Part shown: positions 36,946 to 47,784 of the stretch, in pieces | Layout of the letters: the number at the start of each line of letters is the position of its first letter | Numbering within the stretch: position 1 is the first letter of the stretch | Program-made: the position numbers and the translations under genes | NCBI RefSeq assembly: GCF_001194135.2 | Contig: NC_068982.1 | Coordinates: forward strand, 130,891,218-130,955,217 | Source: Octopus bimaculoides | Taxonomy: Eukaryota | DNA: 64,000 nt | Direction of reading: 5' to 3' | The notes under the pieces: model-generated | What the model was told of the DNA's origin: nothing | The model's input: the letters and a program-made list of their open reading frames with translations, nothing else | The model's database searches: none

Positions 36946-37699
36946 GGGTGTATGTGTGTGTGGGTGGGTGTGGGTGTGTGTGTGTGTGTGTGTGTGTGTC
37001 GTCCCCCCCCCACACATTTACATTTTTTGCTCCGGATCGTATCTGTAAAGGAATTATGACATCATAGTAGACATATTTGTTCAATGAAACGGTCATTTTA
37101 GCATTTCATTACATCTTTAATTTCCTATCAGTTAGTAAAACACCAAAAACAGTGTTTCATATTCTCTCTTTCTCCCTCTCACGCTCACGCCCCCACATAC
37201 ACTTCATAGTATATACTTTGCCTATAGAGTTCTGAGAGCATATTTTAGCACGCAGATCAATATATATTTTGCAGTTTTCCACAGTAGGGGCTATTATTCA
37301 TTTGCCGTGTGCCAAGCAAAACCACTTACCATTCTGTTATTTCATCAAACTTGTTTTATAGCTCTGTACTATTCTTAGTCTTTCATAAGCTTGAAAATTT
37401 TAAATCAAATCCTGTTGGCCTGAAGAAAACAAATAGGAAATCGTTCCAGTTTGTATTCCTTTGATTTATGTTAATTTCAGTGAAAACCCTATGACCTACG
37501 TTACAAGGCATTGCTGTGTTAATCTTATATTAGTGATCAAAGGTAAGTGTTCTCACATATATAACGAAAGCCTCAACCAACTTTTTCAATCGATATAAAA
37601 TGATTGTAAAATATTTGAATAACCGTAAATAATTGATGCAAAACACCATAATTTAAATTAAATTAAAGTTTACGAAAAGATCGTATCTTAATTGAAATC

Positions 37700-38302
37700 T
37701 CAGTAATTTGGGAGAAGGGGACAAGCCGGTAACAATGACTCCAGTGCTCAACTGGTACTTATTTTATAGACCTCCAAAAGATGAAAGCCAAAGGTGACCT
37801 CTGCAGAATTTGAGCTCAAAACGTATAGACGGACGAAATGCCGCTAAACATCTTGACCAGCGCGGTAACGATTCTGACAGGATCATATATTGATATTAAT
37901 TTTAAATTTTGCCACAAGCCCAGAAGTTTTGGATGAGAAGTTAAGTCGGTTATATCAACCTCAGACCTCAGCAGGCATTTATTTCAACGATACTGAAAGG
38001 CAAAGTCGACCTCGGTGGAATGTGAACTCAGAAGATAAAGACAGACGAAATGCTGCTAAGCACTTTGCCTGGCGTACTAACGATTCAGCGAGCTCACTGC
38101 CTTAAGACCATATATTAATATTGGTTTGCTCGACTGGTGCTTATTTATCGAACCCGAAAGGATAAAAGGTAATGTTGACTTCTATGGAAAAGACCATCTG
38201 GATGGTAATCAAAATCCGACATGACCGTAATAATTTCTTTCTACAATAGGTACAAGTTTTGGAATTTGGTGGGAGAGGCCTAAGTTATAACATCGACCCT
38301 AG
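37700..38302 (-). mobile_element. Cluster of four SINE family A copies/fragments
   Basis: About 37700-37880, 37905-38103, 38125-38190 and 38225-38302, recognised by the GAAAGGCAAAGTCGACCTCGG and CTGGTACTT motifs. Confidence 0.8.
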
Positions 38303-38524
38303 AGGATGAAAAGTAGGGACTTTTTCATTTCTTATTCAGGAGGTACGGCAGTTTCTATTACCCTTAACAGGAGAGAGGACGAAAAATATCTTCGAATTGA
38401 AAGTCTGATTCGAATGCTTTCGACAACCATACGGATTCCGCTGAAGATACACAAAAAACAGATGCTGGTGTCAAAACGAAACACAAATGCAAAACCTTGC
38501 ATCCTTTATCTGTTATATTTTATC

Positions 38525-38632
38525 TGTTGTTTCAGTCATCGGACTGCGGCCATGAAAGGTTTTCGTTGAACGAGTCGGTCCCAGTACTTATTCTGTTAAG
38601 TGAGGTATTTATCCTATCGATCTCTTTTGTCG
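38525..38632 (-). mobile_element. SINE family B, 3' fragment
   Basis: TGTTTCAGTCATCGGACTGCGGCCATG...CCCAGTACTTATTC...CTCTTTTGTCGAA. Confidence 0.75.
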
Positions 38633-38635
38633 AAA

Positions 38636-39432
38636 ATCCATCAGTTTGTGCATGATGATCGTCGGAGGACAACCAACGACATTGTTGATGTTGGCCTGTC
38701 GTATGCAGGTCCGTGCAGGTAATCCTAACATCTGAATTGAACATGTGGGGTGTCTCTGCCAAGTTTGTCTTCTACCCGAGACCACTGAGCAGAAAGAACA
38801 TCGCATCGAAGTCTGTCAAGATCTCCGTCAGCGTGCGGCTGATGACCCATCCTTCATGTCGAGGATCATCACCGATGACAAAGGTTGGTTCTACGGACAC
38901 GACCCTGAGATGAAGCTGCAGTCGTCAAATTGGAAGAGCCCTTCATTTCCACGACCGAAGACGATGCGACATCTTTTTTGACATCCGCGGTATTGTGCAT
39001 CGAGAATTCGTCCTCAGGGACAGAGCGTCAATCGAAAGATCTGCTGCGATGTTTTGAAGCGTTTGAAGGAGGGCATTCTGCGAAATCGACCCGATATGTG
39101 GAGCGCGAAGAATTGCATTCTTCACGACGACAATTCTCCTTACTCGTGAGTTTCTCGCCAAAAGCAACACGGTATTACTTCCACGCGCCCCCCACTATTC
39201 GCCAGAGTTAGCACCTGCGGACTTCCATCTCTTCCCCAAGATGAAAAGGCAGATCAAGGGTCACCGTTTTAATACCATTGTCGAGATCCAGAGCGGATTC
39301 TAAAAGTGGCAAGAACGCAGGAATCACTGTATTGCTGCTCAAGGTGACTATTTCGAAGGAGATTATGTTAAGACTTAGGAAAATAAGATATTTTTATTAA
39401 ACATAAATAGTCCGGGAACTTATACATACCAC
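38636..39432 (+). mobile_element. Mariner transposase (DD34D region) and right end; same family as 22765
   Basis: VSAKFV, EQKEHRIEVCQDLRQRAADDPSFMSRIITDDKGWFYGHDPE, FDIRGIVHREFV, ILHDDNS, YSPELAPADFHLFPKMKRQIKGHRF, CIAAQGDYFEGD. Confidence 0.92.
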
Positions 39433-39439
39433 TTCGAAC

Positions 39440-39512
39440 GCACATATGTAAATACATACGTAAATACATACATACATACATACATACATACATACATACA
39501 TACATACATACA
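39440..39512. repeat. (TACA)n microsatellite
   Basis: Directly visible. Confidence 0.95.
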
Positions 39513-39557
39513 CACATCCATTCTTACACATGCATACATGAGTGTGTGTATACACAG

Positions 39558-39705
39558 GATGGGCGCCTTTCAATTTAAGTCTACCAAATTCCCTCACAGG
39601 CTTTGGTCGGCCCGGGGCTATAATAGCAAACACTTGCACAAAGTGCCATGCCGTGGGACTGAAACCAGAACCATGTGATTGGATAACAAACCTCTTACCA
39701 CTCAA
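39558..39705 (-). mobile_element. SINE family B, 5' half
   Basis: CTTTGGTCGGCCCGGGGCTATAATAG...GTGCCATGCCGTGGGACTGAAACC. Confidence 0.8.
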
Positions 39706-40289
39706 TCACGTCAAAACATTTTCCAATGAATGATTTCCGTATTGGTACCAGGAATAAAAGAAGTTTTTCTCTTCATGTATTTTCATTTCATCTTTTTTAG
39801 GAATACATGAAGTCACTTTGGTGCTTTCGACCGTCAGATTTAGGAACTAACAATCAGAAAGAGCAAATTCGAAATTTTGATTAGGATCGTACATGTGATC
39901 TTTTTTTTTTTTGTTCTTTTTTGGAGAAACTCTGCTTTACGTAAATCTGTTGCTTCATAACCCGGTGCACATATGGTGCTGTGAACAAATAAAAACTTAT
40001 AGTCTCGATACTAGAGCTGTAAGTTTCTAATTTATTCCTCCTAGATGTTCTTTTTCCTAAGTTTTGACGAGACATTTACATCCACCGGACAACTAATGTC
40101 GCCCAAGAGAACAATACCTGGCCTATTGTATTTATATTGGATTGCTGTTTTTATTGGAATACAAAATACACAGGTATTCTTGATTTTTAAAGGTGTGGAT
40201 ACATTCGTGTTCTAGTATGCCTTTCGTATGACCATTGGTGCACTCATTCCAGCGGATAGCTTGTAGAGATGATTTTAGCAACAATTTCA

Positions 40290-40595
40290 TGACTCATAGG
40301 AAAAGTAGTACCTTGCAGGTATTTTGGACAACTGATGATCTGGAGATATTTTCCACACTTCTATGGCACAAACGACACTTTCTATCGCATGTGAAGGTCT
40401 ATATACAGTCTTTCCTCTCTTATTGATCAAGTATTTAACAAATAACTCCTGCTTCTGGACATCAAACCTATGTCCATCAAAAGGAGATGTGATGTATCCA
40501 TCACTGATCCAAGATCTTCTCTAGCTTGCATTTATATGCACATATGTGAAACTTTCTGCTGATACGATGTCTCTCTCTTCCACGTTTCTGCCTTA
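40290..40595 (-). mobile_element. R4/Dong-like LINE fragment (CCHC region)
   Basis: YQQKVSH, QKQELFVKYLINKR, CDRKCRLCHRSVENIS.IISCP, HEIVAKII. Confidence 0.6.
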
Positions 40596-41624
40596 GCAGG
40601 CTTATCCATCTACACTTTGTTCACAAATGTTATTTTCGTTGTTAAATACACCATGTATGTATGTATGTATGACAGTAGACTGGGATGTATGTATGAGTGT
40701 ATGTATTTTTGTATTTATGTTTGTACGCGTTGAAATATATATTGGGCGTCCTGACAGCTTAATCTGTAAACTACTCGAATGATAGCCGAGAGGTGTGTGC
40801 TCGACACTCAACACGTTATCTACACTAATTCCTACATCATAAAGTTTTCACTATCTGGTGTAGGTGTGCGCACGCGCGTGTGTGTGAGGGTGAGAGAGAG
40901 AGTTAGTAATGTACGAGTTTTGTGTTCACATCTCAGCAATAAAGATCAATTAACTGTAACGCCAGTTGATATCGTTCAACAACCATCCTCCTCATTAGAA
41001 GAAGGGCTTCAACATTAATTAACTAAAGATTGTCAATGAAAATTTATATCCTTTGCTTAATAAAAAGTCGTGATATGGAATAACTTTATCAGTTTCCTTG
41101 AAGCAATCAGTTAATGAGGTGCTTCTTCTATTGGACCTATTTTGTATCGAGTGTGTAGAAGTAACGGAGGAGGCTACATTTCTTAAGAAATACGATAGAT
41201 AAACGCAATTTGTGTAGTCCCAAAACTCTTCTGCTTCCTGGCAAGAAATTTCGTAAGTGAATTGAACATCTAGTCGTTTGTGGTTAAGGAATGTTAGAAC
41301 TCTTTTAAGGAAGCATATTTTAAAGAGGTTTTGATAATCTAGTGTAAAAATCACTGAGCTACAAGTACATCGTTTCCTTCCAAAATTATGTGAATTTTTT
41401 TTTTAAATACGATTTTTAGCCATCCCATGCTTCGTTACGACCCGAAAAATTGTTCTACAGTAACAGAATTTGAGAATATTGCTTTAAGTAAACTGTCCTA
41501 TATCCATATAGGAGATGAAATGAAGTGCTGCGTAGCTCATGCGTTTTCAAATATCACCACCAATGTACGGGAGCATTTTCAAACTGGAGCTAGCATCCTA
41601 TCAGTGATGTAATTGGCGTAGATG

Positions 41625-41838
41625 TTCTTTCTATAACAAACGCAAAGCCTGAAATTATTGGGAAGCGGGCAGTCTACTTCATCGTTCGTGGTGCTCAACT
41701 GATTCTTATTTTATCGACGCTGAAAGGCTGAAAGGCAAAGTCGGCCACGATGGAATTTGAACTCGGAACATAAAGCTAGAAGAAATGCTGCTATGCATTT
41801 TGTTCAGCGTAGTAACGAGTCCAGTAGCTCACAGCCTT
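41625..41838 (-). mobile_element. SINE family A, decayed
   Basis: GAAAGGCAAAGTCGGCCACGATGGAATTTGAACTCGGAAC...AGCTCACAGCCTT. Confidence 0.8.
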
Positions 41839-41892
41839 ATAGTTGGCAAAGATGTTATAGATCAAAATCACACAGTATGTGAAATTTTAGTT

Positions 41893-41932
41893 GCTTCGGT
41901 AGCGCAGTAGGCAGCGCGTCGCCCTTATAATC
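41893..41932 (+). pseudogene. 5' half of an elongator tRNA-Met (tRNA pseudogene fragment)
   Basis: GCTTCGGTAGCGCAGTAGGCAGCGCGTCGCCCTTATAATC versus the eukaryotic tRNA-Met pattern GCCTCGGTAGCGCAGTAGGCAGCGCGTCAGTCTCATAATC as I recall it. No T-arm or 3' acceptor strand follows. Confidence 0.6.
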
Positions 41933-42050
41933 AAACCATCACTTTTATATTTATACATTGTACCAATGATACACTGCTCCGAGCTAATTGAATATATTCT
42001 TTCAAAAATTGATTTGTACGTTCTAAATGTATCACTTTACAAACTAACTA

Positions 42051-42171
42051 AACTGTATGCAACCTTAAACTATTTTGCTATGTTTAACTGTGATAAATTT
42101 GTCAAGCTAGAACGTTTTTATAAAACCATTCTCTGAATTCCACGGCAAATGCAAATCGGAATTTTGGTGTC
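42051..42171 (+). repeat. 121-bp direct repeat, copy 1
   Basis: AACTGTATGCAACCTTAAACT...AATCGGAATTTTGGTGTC, repeated at 43450-43570 with few substitutions. Confidence 0.92.
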
Positions 42172-43449
42172 ATATTTTTAAAACAATACAAGAATAACCT
42201 CTAAATGGAAAAATGTCAAATATTTCTGAGCGTAAACAGAATTTTACTATTGTAGTAAACTGATTTTCCGCTGATATCTTTTTCACAAGGCATAAATCTC
42301 CAAGCGATTATAACTCTGTAAATCTATATAGCTTTATACTTAAGCCACTATATTTTATGGAGCTTAACTGTCTTACCCAAGAAAGTATAAGTACGCCGTA
42401 ACTCTAGATATATATTCACTATTCACGTTATCTATATGTTCTTGATATATCTGCCGTAATTATAAAATATAACAAGTTTATGTGACATTGTATCAGTAAT
42501 GATTCGATGCGGAAGATTTAACGATTTTGATGGATCTAAGAGGCCAGAACATTATCCAACTGTATGTATAGGCACCGGAAAAAATAATTAGGATAAATCA
42601 CTCGGGGTCACACAATACTGGGACTGGAAAACGGAATATTTATCTTCTATTGACTCGATTAGTTAGTACACACAGAAAAGTGTTCATTTCACTTGTAGAC
42701 ATACATACCGACACACAACCATATACGTTAACATGGGAAGTGAGAGGAATTTCTATGAAAATAGATCGGCTAAATATTTAAGATAAGCCCATTCTTATCA
42801 TAAAAGAATTGAAAATATTTCACTGATTCTTGTCTTTAACAAAAGTGTTTACGAAACTAGTAAATGACTGAATAAAGCTTTTTTGTTTCAAGTGATATTT
42901 TTGGAGACATTAACAGTTTCAAACCAGATAACCTGTGCTGATTTATTAGGATTCCCATGTTTGATATCATTACAAGTAACAAAAAGAATAAAAAGGGATT
43001 CAGAAAAGAATGTGCATGAATGACATTATCATGCAAGATCTTGCAAGTTATTGTCGTCAAAATGTTCTTGGTGTTTGATAATGAAAAAGAAAAACGTTTT
43101 TAAATAAGATGACTATTTCATGCCTTATTTGTAGTGAGTCAAGATATGGCGGTGGCAGTCATATGTAGGAAATTATCTTCAAACATGAAAGAGGCATGTC
43201 TTAACACGACGATTACTTTCAGGGCGTAGTCGAAATTAGTAAATTTCCTTACATACGTTTATGTCGCAGTTTTACGTCATAATACTGGGGGAAAACGACA
43301 CTGTTATTAAAGCTTGTCCAATGCGAAATAATAGCGTAGACTACTTATTATAATGCCAATCCGTGATTTTTTTTTATCTAAAATTTGCCGCAATCATTCC
43401 ACTGTATCTCTTAGAAAAGACAATTTTACATGCCTCATTTCACTAATTG

Positions 43450-43570
43450 AACTGTATGCAACCTTAAACTCTTTTGCTATGTTTAACTGTGAAAAATTTG
43501 TCAAGCTAGAACATTTTTATAAAACTATTCTCTGAATTCTACGGCAAATGAAAATCGGAATTTTGGTGTC
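43450..43570 (+). repeat. 121-bp direct repeat, copy 2
   Basis: See 42051-42171. Confidence 0.92.
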
Positions 43571-43690
43571 TAGGAAATCTGAGATTTTAAAATATATCAC
43601 GGCAACAGTATGCCAATCTTCCCCAGTTAACCCTACAAAATTTGCAACTAAGTGCTTGAAAAAACTATGGTTTGTGTGGGTGCATATGGG

Positions 43691-43698
<8 letters not shown>

Positions 43699-43778
<80 letters not shown>
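43699..43778. repeat. (AT)n, about 40 units
   Basis: Directly visible. Confidence 0.98.
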
Positions 43779-43779
<1 letters not shown>

Positions 43780-44074
43780 TTCTGCAGCAGTAGTGACCAC
43801 ATCTCGAATAAATGCCTGAACAATCACTTGTTCTGTACAATTACAGACATCTATAAACACTTGTAGAACGTGAGTAACACTCACCGAGTCTCCACAATTA
43901 GTAACTAGTGACAGGCCGAAACGGGATGACCAATAATCACGTGAAATCACAGGTTTAACATGAAAATGTCCCTGTCCGGGAAGGTTGCCCCCAGTGGTCT
44001 TGCTACGCGCCCTGATACCAACCAAAGGTATTTCTATGTCCCCGTGCTCCGAGTGAATCTCATCGTATATGCTA

Positions 44075-44232
44075 GTTAACCCATAGCTGGAACTCTGACA
44101 GATGCTGCTACTCCTGACCAGAGTAGATCTGGGAACAGTGGTGGCTAAGAGGTAGTTCCACACTCCTCGAAACCCTGAAATTCCCCAACCAGAGCTCCAC
44201 TACCAGATGCAGTTTACAGTCATGCTCGGGAC
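44075..44232 (-). mobile_element. Interspersed retroposon fragment (SINE- or RTE-5'-like domain)
   Basis: Minus strand reads GTGTCCCGAGCATGACTGTAAACTGCATCTGGTAGTGGAGCTC...CTACTCTGGTCAGGAGTAGCAGCATCTG; recognised from memory only. Confidence 0.4.
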
Positions 44233-44524
44233 ACACATACACACATATCTTGAAAAATTCTCGGTAGTAATATTGAATTTCTTACATATTAATTTTTATT
44301 AGAGGTCTAAATATTTGTAATCAAAAGCAAAACTGGAATTGTATTGAGTTCTTTTTCAAGAGTATTTTAGCGTGCAAGGCAAGGGAAAGGTCTGACAGTA
44401 TTACTAAACAGAACTAGATTTCATACGTAGTTCGCCTGGAGTTTATCTATTACTTTAACAGAATTTGTGCATGTTTAGTAATATTACAATCATGAAATTA
44501 GTGTAAGCTTATCTCACTTTCTCG

Positions 44525-44588
44525 TGGAAACCCTATGAACCTTTTGCGGAACCCTGGAGTTCCAGGGAATCCCGGTTGAGAAACGCTG
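44525..44588. mobile_element. hAT/Charlie-type MITE end
   Basis: GCGGAACCCTGGAGTTCCAGGGAATCCCGGTTGAGAAACGCTG; ends in the reverse complement of a CAG(T/C)GTTTCTCAA Charlie-type TIR. The other end was not found. Confidence 0.5.
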
Positions 44589-44805
44589 GTGTCAGCTGAC
44601 GAGCTCGCAGAATCACTTGCACGCCGAAGAAAATGGCATTTCGTCTGGCTCTTTACTTTCTGCTTTCGAATTCCGCCGAGATCGACTTTGCATTTCATGT
44701 TTTCGGGATCTATAAGATAAGTACCTGTTAAGGGCTGGGGTCGATATAATCGAATAAACCCCTCCCACATAATTTCGGGTTTTGAGCCGATAGTAGAAAG
44801 GATTA
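44589..44805 (+). mobile_element. SINE family A, decayed
   Basis: GACGAGCTCGCAGAATC...GAATTCCGCCGAGATCGACTTTGCATTTCAT. Confidence 0.82.
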
Positions 44806-44914
44806 TGGTCATAGTGATTAATGTATCATAGTGTATAATATATAATGATATTGTAAATGCATTATTTCCAGTGGGTATATTGTATTATGATGTATATAAT
44901 ATAGTGTATATTGC

Positions 44915-45144
44915 AAGGCGGCGAGCTAGCAGAAATGTTAGCACGCCGGGCGAAATGCTTAGTGGTATTTCGTCTGTCTTTATGTTCTGAGTTCCAATTC
45001 CGCCGAGGTCGACTTTGCCTTTCATCCTTTCGGAGTCGATAAATTAAGTACCAGTTGCGTACTGGGGTTGATCTAATTGACTGGACCCCTCCCCAAAATT
45101 TCGGGCTCTATAAAAGATATATATATATATAAATATATTATTGT
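44915..45144 (+). mobile_element. SINE family A, full length, with 16-bp TSD
   Basis: Near-consensus copy; TATAGTGTATATTGCA at 44900-44915 and 45145-45160. Confidence 0.93.
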
Positions 45145-45545
45145 TATAGTGTATATTGCATTATAATGTATATTGAGATAGTTCATAAAGTAGTGCTGCA
45201 ATACACGTCTACAGTATCTTTAAAAGCTATGCTAATCAAGTACTTGCCTCTACTGTGATGCGCTCGTACTTTTTATTTGCGGAAAACGAAGAGAATAAAA
45301 CAACAAATACTTATCTGTTTTACTACACACAAGTCTGAGATAAATATCCTGTTGCAGTTCTGGTCTATAAAATAAGCATAAAACATTATTGTTTTGCTTT
45401 AATCTATTTTGTACAACCATAAGAAATGTGTATGGCATATTTGTTACAGAGAGACTTGCCGATAGTTGAGTATGTACGAAATCGCAAAACTATTACAGCC
45501 GATATATTGTGGCCATTGCAAAGACACTTAACTCTCTACAGTTCG

Positions 45546-45582
<37 letters not shown>

Positions 45583-45628
45583 TGTAAATACAAAAGAAAA
45601 AAATAACAACAAAACTACAAAGGATTCC

Positions 45629-45737
45629 GCGGTACACGTGTTTTAAGCTCTACATGTGTATAATATAATATAACATAATATAATATAACATCATATAATA
45701 TGTGTATAATCTACAATGTAAAGCTATCTTCAGCCGC
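45629..45737 (-). ncRNA. Hammerhead ribozyme motif with a microsatellite-filled loop II and G12A change (probably inactive)
   Basis: GCGG / CUGAAGA / U-AGCUUUACAU...AUGUAGAGCU-U / AAAA / palindromic CACGUG / UA / CCGC. Confidence 0.6.
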
Positions 45738-45929
45738 AAAACTTATCTCTCTCCCAGGAAATTATACCATCTCGACGTTGAAGTAAGAAGAAATGTGTAA
45801 GAAGAAATGTGTGATGTAAGAGGTGAAGATCCTTTCGGTATTTTGTATAGTACTATATCTGGTATAATTCTCCATCCGGACATAATCTCTCCGGTCCTTC
45901 GAAAACCTTCCATACCTTGCGACGATTCA

Positions 45930-45964
<35 letters not shown>

Positions 45965-46744
45965 ATCTTAACAGAAAAAAAACTGTACAAAATCAATGTA
46001 TAACTGTTGTGCATTTCGTTCACTTGCGCTAAAGCTGAGCTAAAATCTTGCCATAAATTTGGCATGGGAGACATAGCTTCAGATGATTTGTCTTAGATAT
46101 ATTACACGAAGATGAAGTTTTCACTGTTCGCTATACCAGCCTGAGAATAATGGGACATACCAGTTTTCACTGTTTGTTTTAGGAGTATAATGGCAATTGG
46201 CTCAAATTTCTCAGCCGAATACAAAATTACTGAAAGCGTTATTAAAGTAGTTTTTGGTTGTGTCTCGTTTGATGTCAACATGCCTTTGTGCATGCGTACG
46301 TGTATGTGTGTGCGTGCGTGTGTGTATGTGTATGCGTGACTGTGTGAATGTGTGTGTGTGTGTGTGTATTACTTTCTTTCCTTAGTTATGCATGTCTACA
46401 CGTCTGCGTGGATATGAGTGTGCAGATATATACATATATACATTCGTGTTAGAGAGTATGTGCATAAATGATATAAATATTTGTGTGTGTGAGTGTATTT
46501 TTATGTATGTAGTATTTTTGTGTTCACATATACATATATACATATTATTTCTACATGTGTTTACCGCTCGTGTGTGTTTGCATGTGTCTAATATGTGTGT
46601 TTTCTTTGTGCATGTGTAATGTGTATCTATATTTTCTCACAAAACGCTTTGCTCTAATTTTCGTTTTCTTTTTCTTTCATGTCTGCTCCGTTCCTGTTTA
46701 TGTTTGCTATTGCTTTTCTTTAATTCGCAATCTTTCCCGCTTTC

Positions 46745-46897
46745 TTTTACGTTCTGAATTCAAATTCCGCCGAAGTCGACATTGCCTTTCATCCTTTCGG
46801 GGTCGAAAAATTAAGTACCAGTTGTATACTGAGGTTGATCTAATCCACTGGCCCCCTCCCCAAAAATTTCGGGCCTTGTGCCTGAAGTAGAAAAAAA
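46745..46897 (+). mobile_element. SINE family A, 5'-truncated
   Basis: ACGTTCTGAATTCAAATTCCGCCGAAGTCGAC...GCCTTGTGCCTGAAGTAGAAAA. Confidence 0.9.
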
Positions 46898-47185
46898 TCT
46901 TTCCCGCTTTCTATCAATGAGAATTTCATTCTATATAATTCAAGCGTTTAGCAGAACAACTGAAAAGTAAAAACATTCATTTCATCACGTTTTCAAACGC
47001 TCATTTATTTCTGTCTTATCACTTGTATTATGATGTATGCACGTGTGTATACACACATTTTTACATATGTATATATGTGTGTGTATGTGTGTGTATATGT
47101 GTAAATTATGTGTGTGCGTGTATGGATGTATGTATGTATCAGATAAGAGTAATTCAAACGATAAGACAAGAAAATATTGCAATAT

Positions 47186-47227
<42 letters not shown>

Positions 47228-47304
47228 GCGTGTGTGTTAAATAAAATGAGACAACAAAGCCAAGGCTGTGCGGAGTTTTCAGAACATTTATAAAGAGAAA
47301 GTTG

Positions 47305-47352
47305 GTCTTACAGCTGTTTCTGGGATATTGAGGATATCCCTTCATCAGAGAC
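47305..47352 (-). ncRNA. Minimal type I hammerhead ribozyme, near-intact
   Basis: GUCU / CUGAUGA / A-GGGAUAU-CCUCA-AUAUCCC-A / GAAA / CAGCUG / UA / AGAC: 4-bp stem I, 7-bp stem II, palindromic stem III, GUA cleavage triplet. Confidence 0.75.
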
Positions 47353-47401
47353 GATGTGACATGGTTGCCCGCCACCTTGGGTCTTCTGGATACCAATACC
47401 G

Positions 47402-47403
<2 letters not shown>

Positions 47404-47446
<43 letters not shown>
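47404..47446. repeat. (AT)n tract separating two hammerhead modules
   Basis: Directly visible. Confidence 0.98.
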
Positions 47447-47449
<3 letters not shown>

Positions 47450-47700
47450 ACAGGAAGGACAACGAAAGAAAGAAAGAGACCTCGATATTATGCAAATAGA
47501 GGAATTTATCTGTAAAAATGTGACACTTATTCAGTAGCCATTAACGGTCATTTTTCACAGAAATTTTCAATTGGCCGGATAACTGAAGAGATGTTGGCGT
47601 GGGCTCCCACCCTGGCATCCGAAACTCGGAGTTGTATCATGGCTACTGAGTAAGTGTCACATATTTTTACAGATATATTGAAATAAACATTCATATAAAG
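47447..47700 (+). mobile_element. Penelope-like terminal repeat with inverted partial duplication and a degenerate hammerhead (47578-47638)
   Basis: Inverted repeat 47507-47541 / 47639-47675 encloses GAUAA-CUGAAGA-GAUG...CAUC-C-GAAA-CUCGGAG-UU-GUAUC. Confidence 0.6.
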
Positions 47701-47784
47701 TTTCCTAGACGTAGTACTTTGTCTTTAGTTAAAAACATGTGTACAAAACTTAGGACAAAGATGGAGCTATTAGAAAAGCCTTTT

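Noticed and set aside
43517-44163. ORFs with poly-IY, poly-HT/CV, poly-SL/RE or YVCM tracts (here and throughout the track)
   Set aside because: These are translations of (AT)n, (CA)n, (CT)n and (TATG)n microsatellites.
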